Positions 62,201 through 64,000 of a stretch of DNA of 64,000 nucleotides are shown in pieces. Positions within the stretch are counted from its first letter, which is position 1; every line of letters starts with the position of its first letter. The translations under genes were made by a program, and so were the position numbers. The notes under the pieces are model-generated. The model was given only the letters and a program-made list of their open reading frames with translations. It searched no databases and was not told the origin of the DNA. The DNA comes from Tubiluchus corallicola. Its lineage: Eukaryota > Animalia > Priapulida. The stretch lies in contig JAQGDQ010000040.1 of NCBI GenBank assembly GCA_030141605.1, positions 682,001 to 746,000 on the forward strand, given 5' to 3'.

Positions 62201-64000
62201 TCTCAAGTTATTTTAAAATTATTCTATTATGTAAACTAATAAAGGCAGACGAGTTAAATGGTCGTGCGCAAGGTGTTTGATCTTTTACTGAAAAACAAAA
62301 CTTGCCGCGGTTCAAAAAAAATCTGCAGGTCTTTGTTTTTTATCTGGGCAGTCTTACCTATGCGACTCCCACGTTACCTAACAGGCATTAAACGACTGCA
62401 GAGGAAATACGTGATTCGCGTTTGTTGAAGTAACTGCTCATGTAATTACAAATCTAACCGTAAATTATGGCCACGTAACTGCATTAGTTAGAGAAGATAT
62501 TTAACTGCGCGGTTCGATCAAAGTACAGTAAATAATTATCGTAGGTGTAATAGACAGAAATTACGAAACACTACAAACGATTTTGTGACATCACCGGTTA
62601 AATTGCAAAATAATTAATCTGCAAATTAACCTTTTGTAAAATAAATAAGCTGACAGTTACAAAACTTAAACACCACTTTTTTGTGCGACGTGTAAAATCC
62701 TATTTTCAAGATGCTTACTTATTTATATACTTATTTAATTGCATATCCATCTCTCCATCTATCTGTCTATCCATCCATCTACCACCTACCTATTTATCTA
62801 TATACATATATATATATATATCTGTCTGTCTGTCTGTCTGACTGTCCGTCCGTCCGTCCGTCCGTCCGTCCGTCCGTCCGTCCGTCCGTCCGTCCATCCG
62901 TTCATCCACCCACCCACCCATCCATCCATCCATCCATCCATCCATCCATCCATCCATCCATCCATCCATCCATCCATCCATCCATCCATCCATCCATCCA
63001 TCCATCCATCCATCCATCCATCCATCCATCCATCCATCCATCCATCCATCCATCCATCCATCCATCTATCCATTCATTCATCTGTCCATTAATCTATCTA
63101 TCCATCTATTTGCCCATTTGTTTACTTATATATTTATTTGTTTATTTGCTTATTTATTTATTTATTTATTTCTTCTGGCTTAAAATGACTAAAGGACTAA
63201 AGTGATCTGCAAATAAGGGATACCATAAGTCCAGGCTGAGTACTCTGATTTGTGTAAAGTGTAGCATTTTGCCAAATGAGCTTACAGCAAATGTATTCAG
63301 GAAACCTTACAAAATGCGATTTGCATTAAGTCGCCAAAATGTAAAACTGGCTCCGCATTACAGCTATGTCGTATTTCGGCTTGTCCTTCGTCTAGTCATA
63401 AAGTGGTTCGATCAAACACCTTGCGTACAACCATTTAAATGCGTCTACCTCTATTAGTTACTATAGTACAATAATTTTAAAATAATGCACATCCATTTTC
63501 ACATTTTGGTCAGTTATAAACAGTCTTCCGGTTTGAAATTAACCGTTTTACTACTATATTAGGGTACAATTGCAATACATCAAGTGAACTGCACAAGTTG
63601 TCTTAAATCAAAAGTTATCCGAAGGCAAGTTGTTGTTTAGTGACTTCATCTTGAGTTAGCAGAAAATTCAAGACGCCACGACTTTTTACGTATTTTGAAA
63701 CTAAAGGGTCTCCAATCCTAAACCTAATCATTTCCTCTAATCAACTAGGCGAGATCAGAACGCACACCAAAACTGCCACTTCTAACAACAAATATAAATG
63801 TTCGTTTTTTGAAACCATAAAAGCGGTTGCTTAAAATGACCATAGTTTAAACGTCTTTATTGTATTTAGTCCACAGATTTATATGATTTAGTCTTACCTG
63901 GATGGATTGGAACTGAGTTTTGGCACACGTGTGTAGTAAGAAGAGATTGTTTCAATTAAGAAAAAAGCAACTCGGTCGTGTGTTAGTCCCGCTGTTTTAG
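29267..64000 (-). CDS. Receptor (single-pass) guanylyl cyclase, retinal-GC/NPR-like architecture; 5' end lies beyond the window
   Basis: Phase-consistent GT-AG exons 5'->3': 64000-63898 (partial), 61495-61336, 60544-60178 (ANF-receptor-like ectodomain), 53647-53563 (TM: [22 protein letters not shown]), 51587-51476, 50231-50085, 48546-48469, 46543-46439, 43368-43297, 42601-42445 ([23 protein letters not shown]), 37722-37573 (LLWTAPE), 35927-35756, 34467-34327 (hinge), 33780-33588 ([12 protein letters not shown]), 32923-32749 ([13 protein letters not shown]), 32420-32322 ([19 protein letters not shown]), 32097-32006, 31300-31218 (GKG...TFWL), 29633-29267. The GTP-specifying Glu and Cys are present. 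Confidence 0.95.
33155..33296. repeat. Foldback element with tRNA B-box-like arms
   Basis: Imperfect inverted arms of about 60 bp (caaacttgaaaaacgggg...ctggatttcagtcagggac and gtccctggttcaaatctag...cccgtctttcaagtttg) around a spacer of about 20 bp. The right arm contains GGTTCAAATC. Confidence 0.7.
35357..35450 (+). repeat. Degenerate (TTAGGG)-like interstitial repeat
   Basis: ggattaggattaggattagggttagggttaaagttggcttagggtt...; probably internal to a repeat element. Confidence 0.7.
35597..35738. repeat. Compound pentanucleotide microsatellite (CAGTA)n(CGATA)n(CAATA)n
   Basis: Direct reading; begins within about 20 nt of a cyclase splice donor. Confidence 0.95.
38200..38958 (+). CDS. LINE ORF1 protein (coiled coil, RRM-like and C-terminal domains), 252 aa from the first ATG
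   Basis: Heptad-rich segment ([22 protein letters not shown]...), followed by [17 protein letters not shown]....RPVLV and ..D..PAVR motifs typical of L1/CR1-type ORF1p. Confidence 0.85.
   Translation: MSDKPKSIDELCACDRKKLKAITKDDMIEIILAAPPSAASGGADSAVLKRLDELSNNINTKFQNLEEKLSQKIEDKHSELKTEVNVLRQVVKNQQRFLEQVDGRLRNQNLIMMGLSENEDIDGANSDDDKIRKILDVVDVEAAVVSYKRLGTATNGRDRPVLVIVENHDQRDNVVKNANKLQSSANAAVKKVRVKRDTHPAVRAEWKRLFDAEKCERDKPENRGCHIEFDKKKREITRDGVVIDSWQPMSFL
38934..41999 (+). CDS. LINE ORF2: AP-like endonuclease, reverse transcriptase and C-terminal Cys/His motif; no AUG before endonuclease motif I
   Basis: EN motifs HWNINA, FLNE, LGDLNAR, ELDY, SNH. RT motifs [34 protein letters not shown]-terminal [10 protein letters not shown]...RLCSC.....ELHVICEC. 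The first in-frame ATG is at 39066. Confidence 0.93.
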   Translation: MATNVFFVNNRDSCTELRITHWNINAVKNKLEIDFVRQSLCKSDMIFLNEIKTPLKFTMPGYKTLRTNQAAGHRGGCAILISNVLASSIQSVEFGSDVIVLRLNNIPGIVFVCVYLTPSDSHYHSLECLAKINEVMMSNPHDQFVILGDLNARYGPAINKFLRNVSDSGARYLASEDSIGSPNENAKVVYNSFNSLIVVNNIQYKGRTFKSNLTYRKRENWISELDYCLISPALIDSVVNFTVNQDLRLPSNHAPLSVIFDINMLSRGALPHNLLIRSEALGAHAAEVKTPNRKHCSRQIRIAETDCVEFQRVMSSVEPPDDVDDVNSCVTDINNVFRDKLIRCKAPNRLINRYQPTDRWRRMLELNDSKEIWNAIDWKGNTIESESFESPTSEEFKRHFEDLLNPDRDGPEDLLSLCDGPSIPITDDPIAFDEFVSAASECKSSSSGGPSGSPGAVFNFIPDNWINYLCFVLNFIFFSRSFPIPWCFSRLVTIFKRGSRKDCDNYRGLSIMDSLAKIYDRILCKRLEMWFKPDREQAGAQKGRSCIEWIVTLRLLMDYALFKKRKLYIVFVDFSKAYDRVPRSGLIRALRALGCGLAMLSALAAMYVNTQLVLGAAVIGVTLGVKQGSPSSCFLFTLYINPLIRELKSRCGLDGFLGNLHCLMLMDDTILLSTSREGIIQKLSILIEFCDQSGMKVNLKKTKFMVINGDAVDRLDLVVNPLTVNHCDYNVYLGAVFSSTGKFKPALEKHCEDKYCHVLKFVSFISKNSAYPFAVKKLVLNAALLAAITYGCESWLFNDLNPIQGMYISVIKCLLGVRRTTANDLCLIELGLPSLNGFVKDTQSRFFNKIVRSRVNIPDDPFMIVYNLCRESNTPCARYLRNITGYRGDFIDDDLNRIKDRTRASDRTKFVTYLQLNPELSIHRIYCDNVNELKRIKTSRLRLSSHNLAIETGRWSRIERERRLCSCGQIQTELHVICECPETRILRNNSDLIFDDLVTFFSGNPADICNFVHDALAIFGL
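42155..42256. repeat. Compound trinucleotide microsatellite (AAT/AAC/GAC/GGC)
   Basis: Direct reading, just downstream of the LINE tail. Confidence 0.85.
45600..45990. repeat. Two diverged direct copies of a tRNA-B-box-containing repeat
   Basis: attgcggg(g)taatga.tt.aaa...gctgaaaaat....ttgaacc occurs at ~45615-45690 and ~45908-45985. Confidence 0.6.
47860..48035. repeat. Degenerate foldback with a tRNA-like arm
   Basis: aaaaagaaggaaatgtgaaaacagtcg... pairs with ...cgacttgttcacatcctcttttt; the internal ctggatttgatccacagacc resembles a reverse B-box. Confidence 0.5.
52355..53032. mobile_element. MITE-like element with long degenerate inverted arms
   Basis: Matching inverted blocks: aagcaaaaatt/aatttttgctt, acacaagaaaa/ttttcttgtgt, ttttatgtttta/taaaacataaaa, tatttccataa/ttatggaaata. 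Confidence 0.6.
58228..58412. repeat. Degenerate (GAT)n repeat
   Basis: Direct reading; explains the poly-Asp/Met ORF. Confidence 0.85.
59390..59465. repeat. (CTG/TTG)n microsatellite
   Basis: Direct reading. Confidence 0.85.
61575..61742 (-). repeat. tRNA-derived SINE-like repeat copy
   Basis: Minus strand ctgtggcctagcggtc...gcgtctgcttgttagcaaaaggtatctggttcaaatccagg contains A-box-like and B-box-like motifs; related to 7090-7265. Confidence 0.6.
62745..63170. repeat. Compound tetranucleotide microsatellite (CTAT/CTGT/CCGT/CCAC/CCAT/TTAT)
   Basis: Direct reading; explains the HPSI and MDGW repeat ORFs. Confidence 0.95.

Noticed and set aside
62711-63205. HPSI and MDGW repeat ORFs
   Set aside because: Translations of the (CCAT)n/(CCGT)n microsatellite.

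Overview
AT-rich, intron-containing animal (probably invertebrate) genomic DNA. Four host genes can be assembled from GT-AG exons: ESD (S-formylglutathione hydrolase, +, 7 exons, 286 aa); MED26 (-, 3 coding exons, 526 aa, tail-to-tail with ESD); a small gene not assembled by the ORF track, encoding a 133-aa secreted precursor (signal peptide, Gly/Tyr-rich peptide, KKR, EF-hand; -, with a TATA box and kB-like sites); and a single-pass receptor guanylyl cyclase (-, 19 exons seen, 5' end beyond the window). Mobile DNA includes an internally deleted BEL/Pao LTR element (LTR ends, 5-bp TSD and tRNA-iMet PBS resolved), an apparently intact two-ORF non-LTR retrotransposon in a cyclase intron, a decayed LINE 3' end, several MITE-like elements, tRNA-derived foldback repeats and many microsatellites. 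The top observation is in the intact LINE. ORF2 has no AUG upstream of endonuclease motif I and overlaps ORF1 in the -1 frame across a U_UUU_UUG heptamer. A 14-nt segment starting 7 nt downstream is perfectly complementary to the element's own 3' UTR about 3.1 kb away, making this a candidate -1 frameshift stimulated by long-range pairing. All coordinates were read by eye; family assignments rest on motif recognition, not database searches.
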